Positions 50,356 to 62,487 of a DNA stretch of 64,000 nt are shown piece after piece. Every line of letters starts with the position of its first letter. Position 1 is the stretch's first letter. Under the pieces are notes generated by a model, which saw nothing but the letters and a program-made list of their open reading frames with translations, was not told the origin of the DNA and searched no databases. Source of the DNA: Perkinsus chesapeaki ATCC PRA-425 (taxonomy: Eukaryota > Protista > Perkinsozoa); NCBI GenBank assembly GCA_013115145.1, contig JAAPAO010000037.1, positions 1-64,000 of the forward strand. Reading direction: 5' to 3'. The translations under genes and the position numbers were made by a program.

Positions 50356-51400
50356 TTAGCATTGGGGACCCACCTGATGCCGATCAGCAGCCGCTCGAGG
50401 ATGTGTTGGAGATGCTGTGCAGCCCGCGAGCGAGGCGAACGCCTCGGAAGAGTGGAGGCAAGAATGATGGTGATATACTGGAAGATTTGTATTAGTCGTT
50501 GAAGTGCAACAGATACCATTGGGCGAACTCGGCTGGGTTTTAATAGGCTCCTCGAAGCTCTTTCGGAGGAGCCGGAAGAAATGGTGATGTGTGGAGTGCG
50601 AGGTGAGCAGTTGATTATTCCATTACAAGTTACGCGGGTTTGTTGCCAGATTATTCTTCACCACAAAGCGGCACTACGGTCAAGCCGGAGCCTGGTCCAG
50701 GGACACTAGTGGACACTACTAGCAAGGTGATGTGTGTTGTGAGTGGTGGAGCGGGGAACGCTGACTTGCTTAGGCACCGCCGAGGCTGAGCTTTTGGCTT
50801 TGTGAGTTTCTGGCGGATAATGCAGGGTTGTCCCAGCTGATAGGATGCAAGGATAATCTAATGTTGCCTACCAAGCAGCAGATCCGACATTCCCGTAAAT
50901 TACGACGCTCCATCCTTTACCATAAAGTGAGGCAAGGTGGTGGCACAGCTGGTGAGTTGATGTCATCAACTTAGGCGTGCGATGATTTGGGTATATCGTC
51001 TCCCTTTGGTGATGGTGAGCCGATTTCAGAGAAGAGACTTCATGTACACGCTATTGATGTAGCCTCATCTAGATTTATCGATTTATCAACATGAACATTT
51101 AACTGCTGCTGTTCAGAGCTATTCCTATTGCATTTAACAAGGACTTGGGTTGATTCAACAGGGCAGCAGGATTTGATAGGGAGAGTCTGTCTGTATGTCC
51201 GCTCCAGATGAAACAGGCGTGATTCCTACCGAGGGGGACTTCCCTAATGAGGAGAAAGTGGATGAGGAGCCTTCTTTGATGGAACGACACGTTTTCGAAT
51301 CTGTGATGCTGCCCGTGAGTACGAGCCTGGGAGTCTTTCAGTCGTAGGTTCTCAGCTGCGTTATAGAGAGATTTGCAGAGCATTCGGAGAAAGAGCGACA
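50356..51400 (-). CDS. Hypothetical protein (multi-exon, start uncertain)
   Basis: Coding-like exons with GT-AG introns, including HLASLYGKGWSVVIYGNVGSAAW and FFRLLRKSFEEP. Confidence 0.3.
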
Positions 51401-51505
51401 AGCGGTGGCACTAGCACCATACGAGGGATGCAGCAGGGCTGAACGGTTGCTTAGGTACGCGACAGGTTCACTAAGCTCTTCACAGAACTAACCCATCGAA
51501 CAACG

Positions 51506-53434
51506 ATGATAGATTTACTCAACGTGAAGGACTCATCTGAGTTGAGGAGAGTAAGTAGTCGAAGCGGGGAATTGGGGTTTAGTCTCGTTCAGATGTTATT
51601 TTATCCTCTGGCGAAGGAAGACATGCCTCGATACTTGAAGGGCTTGTGCAAGGCTACTACCATCTTAGCCATGAACGATGCGGGGACAGCAGAGACGGAC
51701 AAGATACGCCTTTACCTTGTGACATTGCTTTATTTGAAGCACATTCGAGTGCCAAGCATTGCTCAAGCAGTTGCTGAGTCTTATGAAGGGATGTTTTCGT
51801 TGGTACGAGATCGTAGGTCTGTTTGGCTGGAGTGGAGAGCGGTAGTAGGTAGAGCACTTTGAGGACCCCAACCCTTACGTGGCAGCCCAAGCAATGGACG
51901 TGTTCTTCAAAGTCGTGGCCACAAGCATAGACGGTGCTGAAGGGGAGACCATCTGGAACGAGGAAAAGTGTCCTGGAGTGCATCACGCTGTTTTGAAGAA
52001 GTGCTTTCTAAGTCCAACTTTTTGGTCGAGAGTCGCCCACCTTACCAGTGGGAAGGATTCGTAAGGATTTACTTCGATTATTTGTTCGATGGACTGCAAG
52101 GTATCCCTTCGAGAGACGATACATCGCCCGGTTGCTTGGTCTCTGCCTGCACTACTTGAGCACAGTCTGGGTTGATGAGAATCGACTGCCTGAGGGTGCT
52201 GAGGAACTAACCATTGGGAAGAAGCTCAACGCTTTATTGATTGAGCTTCAAGGTCGGCTCATAACGTCATGCTCGAGCATCACCGCCATTCAGAATCACA
52301 TCCTGACATCTATGAGGCCTTCTTCGAACGCGTATGTGAGTCCCTCCCGGTGGGGACGGACAATCGGATGCCAAGAGAAGTGCTGCAAGATCAGCTATTT
52401 GAGGAGGATGATGTTGATTGGTGTAAAGGATCAGTTATTGAGACAATGCCCGAGTCGAAGCGTAACTCTGACAGAGCTGCTGAGATGAGAGCATTGGGGA
52501 ATCACATGACTAGAAATAAAAAGTACTAACAGAAGGCAGCATCTCTACAACTACCGCAATACGAGGAAGGTGGATCGAATTAGGTATGAGCATGCCCTAT
52601 CCTGCTATGCGTACTCCTTACAATGGCACAGTGAGGAGCCTTTAACGCACTGCAATATGGCAATGTGTCACTTAAAGCTGGGCAACTGGAAGGAGGCAGT
52701 TTCGGCTGCAGAGTCTGCGATAGTGGGTGCTTGTTTAGTTGCAGACGACAAAGATGTAACCCTAGGTAAGAGATGCGGGAATGATGAAAGCATGGTACAG
52801 GAAGGCCGAGGGGCTTTCGGCTATGCTAAAATTGGTCAGCAACGAGGAAGAGCGGGACATGATTCGGTATCGGGGCACTAGGGGATGCCGATAGTTTGCA
52901 CTCGGGTATTCAGGGCATCCCTTCGAGAGGCACTGGATAAGGCACGTGATTTGGGTTGCGATGCCGGCCTGCTCCAAAGGCTTCATTGTGATGTGACTCA
53001 TTCATGACAGCATTTCCGTCGCTTCTACTAAGAACGTCTAGTCTCGTTGTCATTGCCGTGGTGGGGACCTTGCCGTGGGGTCTTTAGGGTGAACTTGAGC
53101 AGCAGCTTTTCGGTTGTCATTGCTGTGTCCTCTTCCTTCACATATCCGGACTATCCAATGACAGAATTCCCAAAAACGGGAAGTGTTAACAGTTCTAGTG
53201 TGCCACGACAACGTAGGTCATTGGATGCCGAGTGTGCGTTGAATAGCTTTGATAGGCATAAGTGCCACTGAATCTGATCCGATATTGCTCGACTCAAAGG
53301 TTACGGTGTCACGGAAACGTCAGCTCGACTCTGGGGATACTCTGAAGATGTGGCGGACTCGTGAAGACTTCGAGGCGTTTGTTAGTAATGAAGAATTGAT
53401 TGTTATAGTATCAAATGGTGATGAGCTGCATTGA
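51506..53434 (+). CDS. TPR-repeat protein
   Basis: AAEMRALGNHM..KYEHALSCYAYSL; PLTHCNMAMCHLKLGNWKEAVSAAESAI; KAWYRKAEGL. C-terminal exons are uncertain. Confidence 0.7.
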
Positions 53435-53831
53435 TATGTAGGCTCTAGTATTGATGTATTCAAGGGATGGTTTATAACATTTATGCTAATGGAACATACA
53501 AGATCATGTTTTCATGTTGGAATGGATAAAGTTAATTGGCCCATCATGCACATTGTATCTAAGGTAGTAGTGGTGGTGGTGGCACTCATTCATCAGAGAT
53601 TAATTTGTGTAATCAGGCCGCCTGCTCCCTCGATATGACGTGCTTTTCAACCGCCTATGGTTTTATGTGTTATAGAAGTTACTTCGTAAACACCAAGAAT
53701 AGGCCACTATCCACTACCTTAACGAGAGTATTTAGGTAGGAGTAATAGCGGGGTCGCCGCCGCCGCTTGTTTACACTACATTCTGGACCTGTCTCAGATC
53801 TGTTAGTTTGGTTGTCCTGGCATTAATAATC

Positions 53832-55346
53832 ATGAACATCACCTTCAGTATATCAACGCTGAATCACATGCCTAATTTCAAGGAGACTGCCGAAATCATA
53901 ACGGTACGTTCCATGAGAGGGAGTGAGTAGAGGATTATTCGACTTAGTTATCCACCGTCTACTGGGACTTCCTCGCGGCTTTCCCTTTGGAGCTTCTAAT
54001 GGGTTTCATTACCACCAAGCCGATTATCGAATTCTCAATGTAAAAAGGGCAGAGTGGCTGGCATGACCTCCTCAATCTCAGGCGCTACCGCCACAAGAGG
54101 GCTATAGCCAGACTGGTGCTTTTCTTGTTCCTTCTAGGCTGGCCGCTCGTATTAAGTTCTTTCAACTTGCATCATTGCCAGAATGTCGGGGAACGGTACT
54201 AGAAGCTGTCGGTTATGATTCGGTTGATGGTCCCTAATAGGTACCTTAGCCTCCTTGTTGGCTGCCGTCCCCTAGAGTTCCGCGCGACTCGATTTCCAGC
54301 TGTACCCTACATGTTCTACTTCAACTTCGGTTGCATTGTCAGCCAGTTGCTGCTAGAATACACAGAGAGTCTTCCACGCGGTGAGGAGGATTCTGACCTA
54401 CCAGTACTCGATCGGTTTTCCAGGGTCAGATGCTATTCGCCGGTCTTACCTGCCGAGATCGCAGAACCTCAGCGACCTCAGCGAGGTTTCAACCCCCTCC
54501 AATTTAGACAGCGATGGCGGCCTTCCGCCACCTGTCACTTCCGGCACTTATCGCAAAGATAACTTCGTTCCATACTTGGTCGCTTTCGGACTGTTGATGC
54601 TGGTGGGACACTCTGGATAGGCCAAGAGCACTGAATGCCGTTATTTTCAGGTGGAGTTGGTTTATCTGACACCTCTAGCCATGAATCCCCAAGTCACTTG
54701 GGAGTATCTTGACTGGAATGGTTATGTAAGGTTCCCAATGTAAGTGACATTCTCAGCATCATATTCGGCATCTGATCTATATAATGTTTCTAATACTCTC
54801 AGGAACTACAAAGTCATTCTAGCGTGGGGTGTGCTGTCCCATTCCGTTCTCATATTCTCCATGATCTTTGTTGCCTTTGCAAAGAACACCACGGTGGTAA
54901 CATCTATACTTGAGCACACTATTCGATATTGCCCTATTGTCAGATATGTCACATCATCGACTTCTTGGAGCATTGTGGAGCTAATGTTCTTCTCTACCTT
55001 CTGGTCAACTCCCTCATTATTCATGTACAAAACAACCCTTCGGTGCCCCTTTGGCCAACCAACCATGTCCATTCTTAGGGCATATTCCATAACCATTGGG
55101 TGGCTAGCGGTACAGAGGAGGATCAAGGTTAGTGCTGCTATGCCTCCTCAGTATGGATATTTCTGCTACCTCAGAGGCACCAGAGACGTCACCATACTCC
55201 AATTTCGCATGGGAGATGATCGTCCTTATATTTGGAGCAGGTCAGCGAAGCTCCGCGAGCTGCTATGTGGAACAGTACATTGTCTTGTAGGCACAATCGG
55301 AGCGACAAGGTTCATTCATTATCTCGCACGGAGCGGGAGAAAGTAA
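53832..55346 (+). CDS. Multi-pass membrane protein with weak ZIP (SLC39)-like topology
   Basis: About 8 exons joined by 42-54 nt GT-AG introns give about 7-8 TM segments. A long polar loop follows ..FNFGCIVSQLLLEY. Later segments: GVLSHSVLIF, ANVLLYLLVNSLIIH, WEMIVLIFGAG. Confidence 0.55.
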
Positions 55347-55745
55347 AGCATTTGCGGACGACGGCGCTGTTAATCGATCTTTCTTTCGTTGTTCCACACA
55401 TGAGCATTACAAAGATTTATAATACATAATGTTGTTGAAAGTGCATTATTGTGTTTTTATTATTGCTAATAACAACTCAACAGCACGTTAACAGTTGAGG
55501 TATTGTAACTGGACAGCTCTCATTGTGCCGAAACAATCGTTTCGTAACAGTAGGAATATGAGAAACCTATTGGTAGAACATTATGGAGTTGATTATTGTA
55601 GATATTATTATTAGTAAAGAAATGCAATGTCGCGAAGCGATAACCCTGCAACGTAACCATCGCTTTAAGTGTCGTTGTTGTTGTGAACGGTGGTATTGCC
55701 GGTAAAACCATCGGCTGATGAGAAAGGAACGTCTTGTGGGTACAT

Positions 55746-56813
55746 CTAGTTACGATGCTCCATCATAGCGTTCTTTCCGATCTGAACAGCTGCCTGATTA
55801 AGCTTAGTCAACTGACGGCAAGGATGCATGAACTCGCTGATAGCGAAGGCGATGAGGAGATCCTAGAACATAACGCATACACACTGAAGATGGAGGAAGG
55901 GTTCAACTTACATGTCCGGGGTTGCCCTCGAGATCTGTGGTCTTAACGGTGACCTCATCAGCACCATCGTTCTGTTTGTATTCGACATCGAACATGCCAT
56001 CAACCTTCCACTTGCGATCCCAGTTATCCCAGTTGCCTTTCTCGACACTAACATCGTAATCTTTACCGTCGATAGACTGACACACATAGCAATGATTACA
56101 TACGATTCTCCAAGCAGCCTGGTTACTTACCAAGGTATAGGAAACGTTCTTAACCTTAGCGGTGGCATCCCAATCCTCATCATTGTCCTTGTTATCCTCT
56201 TCGTCAACTTCAACCTCACACTTAGAGAGACCCTTCATTTGAAGGCCAACAGTGGCGAACTCTCGGCCGTCCTCATCAGAGAACTTGGCAGAACGCTTGA
56301 TCTTCCAGCGCAGCTTAACCTTCAATTCGCTCTCATCGAAGTCGAACATCGAATCCTTCGAGTCGTCACTGCTGAGCAACGAGAATTACGCAACTGTTTG
56401 ATCGTTGTTAATCGCCTTACCTCTTGGAATCATCTGATCCATCCCAATCCACATCCTTGGCGCAGACAACATTCTCCACACCAATCTCGCATTTGCCGAG
56501 AACCTATGAAGAAGCATAAGATGAAGAGAAGTTGCATTAAGTTGCCTTACATGTTCACGCTCCTTATTGATAAGGGAGAAGTTGGGGGTAGGATCACTCA
56601 AGTCGCTGTCCGACTTGATAACCAGCCAGTGCTCACCGTCTGTATTGTAGACTTCAAAGTTTCGAGAATCAGGACTAGCCTGGGACTTCTTTATCTGAGG
56701 TCAAGAGCGATGGTAAATGAGGGACCGCCGCAGCTTAGTATTACCTTGAAAGTGTGAGGCTTACCGACTTCAGGATCGTCAAGACCGGGAAGAGAGGAAC
56801 AACAACCACCCAT
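55746..56813 (-). CDS. LURP-one-related / Tubby C-terminal-like protein with N-terminal MGGCC acylation motif
   Basis: TFKIKK..NFEVYNTDGEHWLVIK..FSLINKE..LGKC; YDVSVEKGNW; DEVTVK..PGHDLLIAFAI. Confidence 0.6.
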
Positions 56814-57366
56814 GGATTATTAATAGAATAACAAAATATAACTGATGAACACTTTTCAACGCCAACACTAACGATTCCAGCAAGCAACCACCTATTCCCG
56901 AGATGGTGCTGATCAATCCGTGAACTATTACAGGAGGGCCTAGTGAGCCCATATGGTTCAACGTTGAAGCAGCGTTTCGAGAGGAAAATATGTCTAGAAA
57001 AAGTAAAGCTAAACAATACTAGTGCTAGAGGTGCTATTCGACACAACTGCTGTCCCCTCTAGTACTGTGTCATTTTATATAAGGCTTCCCCACAGAAGTC
57101 CCTCATATCTAAAGCGGCCTATATCTCCTTGTATAGCAACTCTGATAGCCGAAATGTAGATTCCAAATACTGAAACGAAAATGGTCACACCAGTTGACGC
57201 CAACACATAGCGATCAATTTTGTGGCGCAGTGACTAATTCCAATTAACCATTTTTCTCGTGCTTGTGAAGAATATCCTCCCATGTGGAATGTAATTGTAG
57301 ACTTGTTTTGAAATAGTTGATCGGAGATTGGTGCTCATCAGGAGGTCTCTGTTGTTGTGTCGTGTT

Positions 57367-58155
57367 ATGTCTTCTTCACCTCCTCCCCCTCTTGGTCATA
57401 TAGACCCGCTAATCGAGGATAGGCTACCAGCATCCATTTTACGGGAATACAATTTATGCCGGTAGTTATGGTATGAGCAGCTATTGCAGGTTATAGCTTT
57501 ATTAGAAACAACCTCATGAAGAATCTTCGATCGGTCGAGCTTGAGATAGCCGAAAAGGAATATCGGTACCTGGAGGAATCGGCCGATTATGGCAATTATG
57601 TCAAGGTTATTATGTCATTGGGCTCCCCCTCCTTGTAATGCTTTCTATAGGGTTTTGACAGCCTTTTATCGTACCGTCTACCTTCACAAGGAGGGGGCCA
57701 CGGCAGTCGGAAGCATCGGGCGGTTAAGAGCTCAGATAGACTGCTTTCTTTGAGGTGCCTTCTCAGTGCACAGGCACTGCGGAGTAATTGGTGTTGTTAG
57801 CTCTACCAGCGCCCCCTTGACATCCGAGCAGACATCGGCGGCCATTTCAGCCACTCCATCTCCACCGGGAACACCTGAGGGTAGAAAAGGTTTACTTAGC
57901 TATGTCATTAGCGACCTGACTGTAGATGAGACCACGACGTCTGAATCAACTCATGCTGTTATAAAGAAATCACGAACACATAAAGGGCCGCATGCTAGGC
58001 ATTCGACTGTTAGTGAGGTACTAGTTACCCATGGTGGAGAAATACCATTATGGTTGTAGGAATCGGGTGTATCGAGTGAAGCACAAACAACAGCCGCTGG
58101 CAGCCCGCCAATCGCTTCTAAAAAGAGTGGGAAATCGAGGAAAAGAAAGCGCTGA
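57367..58155 (+). CDS. EAF6: NuA4 histone acetyltransferase subunit Eaf6
   Basis: LMKNLRSVELEIAEKEYRYLEESADYGNYVKGFDSLL..SDRLLSLSS; basic NLS-like tail. Confidence 0.85.
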
Positions 58156-58715
58156 GGAATACCTCTTATTGTCAGTCTGTTCTGTTAGTACATGTTGTCC
58201 TATTGTCCTTTGAAAATAGCATCGTTACCATTTACCCATCCCCTCTCTATCTGTCTTGTTATAGCTATCGGGTCAATTCCATTGTCGTTACCTTTAGTTT
58301 ACTGTATAATCATATATTATCCTAGTAATACAACCATTGTTCACGTGTGGTCGTCGTTGAGTAATATTCACCCAGTAGCGTCCTCTACCGTCAATTTCCT
58401 GTATTTACCGGCGAGCTGTTTCAAATGCCTTTCTCGAGTCATCAGCGTCTCATTATCGGTAAATAACTTACTCGAAACTTTACCTACTACAGGCCTTTAG
58501 GTGCAACGGAGGTTCAATAAAGTATACATTTTAGAGTCGTGGTGAGGTCGGGGATTGGCTTAATTAGGCCTTAATTACGCAATAGTACTCTGTGGGAAGG
58601 TTGTTATATTTAGCTGCTATGGTTAAGCTGTTGTATTTCCTCAGTTCAACGTATCCTATTTATTTTTCCTTCCCTTCTATCATCCCATAAATAGGGAAAA
58701 CCAGGGTCTAATCAA

Positions 58716-60883
58716 ATGTCGGATGGCTCGGGCTCTTCTGGTCTCCGCCGATCTCAAGGACAGGAGGGTGGAAGTGACGTGAAGGGCAAGGATACTATTA
58801 AGTTCAGAGAGCAGACGGACTCTAATGCCAAGGTTTTAAGGTCAGACCTCGAACCCGGGTCATCGTCTTTACCTCCTCCTCCTCATATCAACATGGCTTG
58901 TTACACATTACTATCTTCTCCACTGTGTGTTAATGTATATAGTAGGTATGTTACTGACTTCCTGATGAATCATTCGGGCAAATGGATAGGGCTGGATAAG
59001 CTCAATCACAATCCCAAGTTGGTTGGTTTTATTGGTAGTGATAGAATCACATGCCCGTATGCATCCCCCCTGACTGTCATCACAGGTCACCTCTTGGTCG
59101 GTCTCCCCGGAATACACCGCACCATGAATGTTAGGACGGCCGATGGTACGGAGAAGGTAGACTATTGTGTGTTGTTGTTGTGGTTATCACAGTGCTCGTG
59201 TAGGAGATTGGGTACCTCGGTACTGAGTGGATAGCCCAGACGTTTAATATACGTGATTGGGGTGGTATACCTATGGTGCCAAGAGAGATTATTACTGTAA
59301 CTAAGGATGCAGCTGGGGAAGTACTTGTTAAATTGACGGCGAATTGGACTACTACTAGGACTGGATCAAAGCTCATAGTGGTAGGGTAACTAGCAGTATA
59401 GGTAGCGGTTATTATTGTTGTTGTATCTACAGGATCCAAATTCCTCATCACAGGATGCTTCTTCTAGACGCCAGCACGGGTACCATCAGTCATCAGGTTA
59501 TGCGAGAGGGGGGAGAGGCGGGTATAAAGGGGGAGGAGGAGGATGGTGGAAGGGAGGTGGAGGAGGAACGTCAGCTTGGAAAGGAGGAGGTGGAGGCCGT
59601 CATAGCAGTGTAAGGGCAGCTCATCGGTCATTGAGGAATATGGTGGTGTTCAGTATAATTATGGTGGCTACTATAGTAATGGTAGCAGTAGTAGTAGACA
59701 GTATGATGACCAATGGTGGGACCAAGCGGACAAGAGATCGACCTCGTCCTCATATCGGTATGGAGCGGGAAGTGATGTAAGGGGATATGAGATGGCCTCA
59801 GCGAAGTGAAGTTGTGATTAGGAGCAGAAGCATGAGAGTCCAGCCGTAGACTGGGATGATGATGATGCCCTTGTGAAGAAGGAGGTAGGGCACCACGGTG
59901 GCAGGTGGGATGGTATGGTAGGTTTCTCGTAGGGAGATATTTCCAATGGTGAAGGACGCCGGCATAGTCCTGAGCCGAAAAGGCAGCGTACATTGAGATC
60001 CCCAAGCCCTCGGAGGAGAACATCATCGAGATCAAGAGGAAAATCAAATGCAAGTAACGATGATAGAAGAAGTAGACGACGTAGTAGAGAACGGTCACCT
60101 GATGGAGTGGTGAAGAGGGGGAGGAGAAGGAGCAGCAGAAGGTCTAGTTCAGCGGGAAGAGCTAAGACTGAGGGTAGTGACATATCCCTTACATACCAAG
60201 TGCTCATCCTCTGGAGAGGCTTCATCGGTCTTGCATTGGGGCTAGATTTACCACATGTAGAGATGCTTATTACTTCAGATGATCACCGTGGACGTAGTAA
60301 GAGTGGAGCTGATCGGAGGGGATATCCTGGTCCACGATCACGGAGCAGCAGCGAGAGCTCTATCGAGCTTAGTGATGCTGAGAGTTGGCCAGAGGATCCA
60401 ACTGATGATAGGGAGAATAGGAATAACATCAGTGTTGATAGCAACGTTGAAGTGGCAGCACCATTGAAGCAAGCGAAGGTAGTATAGCAAATTCATAGAG
60501 TAGTGGATACAGAACTTATTCTGATATAACCGTACAGTCTGAAGCCATATATGAAGCAACATCTAAACTTGGTGTTTTTGACGGAAGAAACTCATCTTCG
60601 TAAAAGGAAGAGTGAATAGTGGAGGGATTTAAACGCAAAGTTCAAATGTTGAATAGGAGGGTAGTGGTTAGCCTATATAAGGTCAAAATGGTAGCTTGTA
60701 ACGTATGACATACAGGCCAACCTGATTGACCATGGCCAGGGGCATGAACCGGTTATAGTGCATGATTGTCAGGCAATAGCGGATGACTTACAGCTGTTTG
60801 AGCTGGGATCCGAAAGGAAGCAAAGGGACATGAGGGATATGCTGAGGGAGATGATAAGGGACCTCTACCAGATGTCGGTTTAA
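58716..60883 (+). CDS. RGG- and RS-rich putative RNA-binding protein
   Basis: Globular N-terminal exons, an RGG/KGGGGG block and an RS-rich block (RSPSPRRRTSSRSR). Ends MIRDLYQMSV*. Confidence 0.55.
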
Positions 60884-60896
60884 CTTCCGGTCCGAC

Positions 60897-62249
60897 ATGC
60901 TCATTGAATACTGTTGCGGCTCAGATATCGTCCGGAAAAGAGCTCCCATGTCCACTCACGGTTATTCCGTAAATTCTCAGGCAGAGAGGATCTGCTCTAT
61001 CTCCTCGTTGCAGAGCGGTATGTGGGCCGCCCCACGTAATAAGTGATATGACGCTATTCGTTGGTGTATGTCTGGCGGCACTTAGGTACCACGAGCGTCG
61101 TCGACGCAGAATTAAATATAGGCCGCGGGACGAGCATAAGGGAGTTAAGCAAGCAACTGAAAAACAACTGGTGTCCGGTAGTGTGTCACGATCTACTTCT
61201 AATACTCCAACGGCTTCACAAAGGAATGGCATGGTGAGGGCGTGCCCGGGGGGATTTGGGGGGAAATTGGTATGATTAGGATCGGGAGAGTAGTGGACCT
61301 GAAGCGATGCCGCGCGGTGGTGTGACGCCAGTTGATGAAGGGGCGATTGCAGCGGCGTTACCAGTCGCATTGCCCTTGAACGTGCGTATCACTCCAGAGG
61401 TTATGAAGTACTTGACTAGGACACGGTCGTGGTTGCAGAAGGTAGGATAAAGTAGTACTTGTGTGGGGTATTGTTGTTTGTAGGCTGTAGAGAGTTTAGT
61501 CCCGAAGATTGTACTATTTGATGAAGCCAGCGCTAATCCATTGGACATTCGGGTGCTCCATGTCCTTACCAATTGGTAGTAGTCTATGTCACTGGAGGGG
61601 CTGATAAGACATATATCTTTCAGTTGCTTCATCAAGTTCCGTCCGGAGCGATCGCCGCATAAGATAATAGGGTGTCTGGCTGGATACGAGAGATGTATAC
61701 CAACTAACTTGCCACAAGGGAAGTCTGTAACCAGCATGAACATACCTAAGACGAATGCCTTGCTGTTAAAGACGGTGGTAAGCAACAACAGGCCTTGTGA
61801 TGTTGGTGACGGCTCACGCAGTTGCGAGATCCCTCTACTGGACAAACGAGCAAGGGCGAGGTAGCATTTCGTGCCGTTTCAAATGAGCCGGCCACGATAG
61901 GGGAGCTTGAGGCTGCGGCGAGTAATTGGCAGTCGATCAGTAATATACAGGGTGCGGGGGTTCGCAGGAGGATTGGGAATCTTTATTAGGCAGTACAGTT
62001 AATACTAAGGTCGAAGATATTCGGCGGTGTGAGCGAGCTCTAAAGCTTATCCATCAACGTCAGGCGCCACTCTCTAAGGAGTCTGTTCGTAGAATAGTAT
62101 TAAATGGTGAGATGCTTACTGTCGATACCTTACCACCTAATGAGGGACGGCCTGCCTCATCGTCACATCGGCATCACCGTCCACCCCCTGCCTCGACTAC
62201 TACTACTACTGGTGACCCTGTCCTTCCTCTACAGTCCTCGTTTCGATAA
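60897..62249 (+). CDS. Hypothetical protein, weak cyclin C-terminal-like segment; start uncertain
   Basis: Spliced plus-strand exons (ITPEVMKYLTRTRSWLQK|AVESLVPK.., FIKFRPE.., EDWESLLGSTVNTKVEDIRRCERALKLI). Confidence 0.4.
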
Positions 62250-62487
62250 TAGCATGTACTATTACTTGTGATCTCTTACAATTGATATGCTCCCTCTGGT
62301 ACTATTGCTTAGTGTGGCTGCTGCTGCTTCCAAGGCTCTTCCTATAAGTATAGTCTCATTGATGTTAGGGAGTTTACGTTTCCATTATATAACATTACTT
62401 CTGCTGAACCATTTCCTATCTACCCTAATCCGCTAGTATTGAGTTCAAAGTGAAGCAGGAAGCATAAAGCAGAGTTTAAGTGACAGA

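Noticed and set aside
53040-53180. Thioredoxin-like WWGPC / LVVIAV segment after the TPR repeats
   Set aside because: The motif pieces lie in different frames with an in-frame stop, and no confident splice solution supports a Trx domain.
54806-55126. Protein-looking 106-aa minus-strand ORF
   Set aside because: The plus strand gives a clean multi-exon model with regularly sized GT-AG introns, so this ORF is its antisense shadow.
55912-56757. 281-aa plus-strand ORF
   Set aside because: Antisense shadow of the spliced LURP-like gene on the minus strand.
61276-61845. 189-aa and 149-aa minus-strand ORFs at 60.9-61.8 kb
   Set aside because: The plus strand shows coherent exon/intron structure, and the minus-strand ORFs carry no recognisable motifs.
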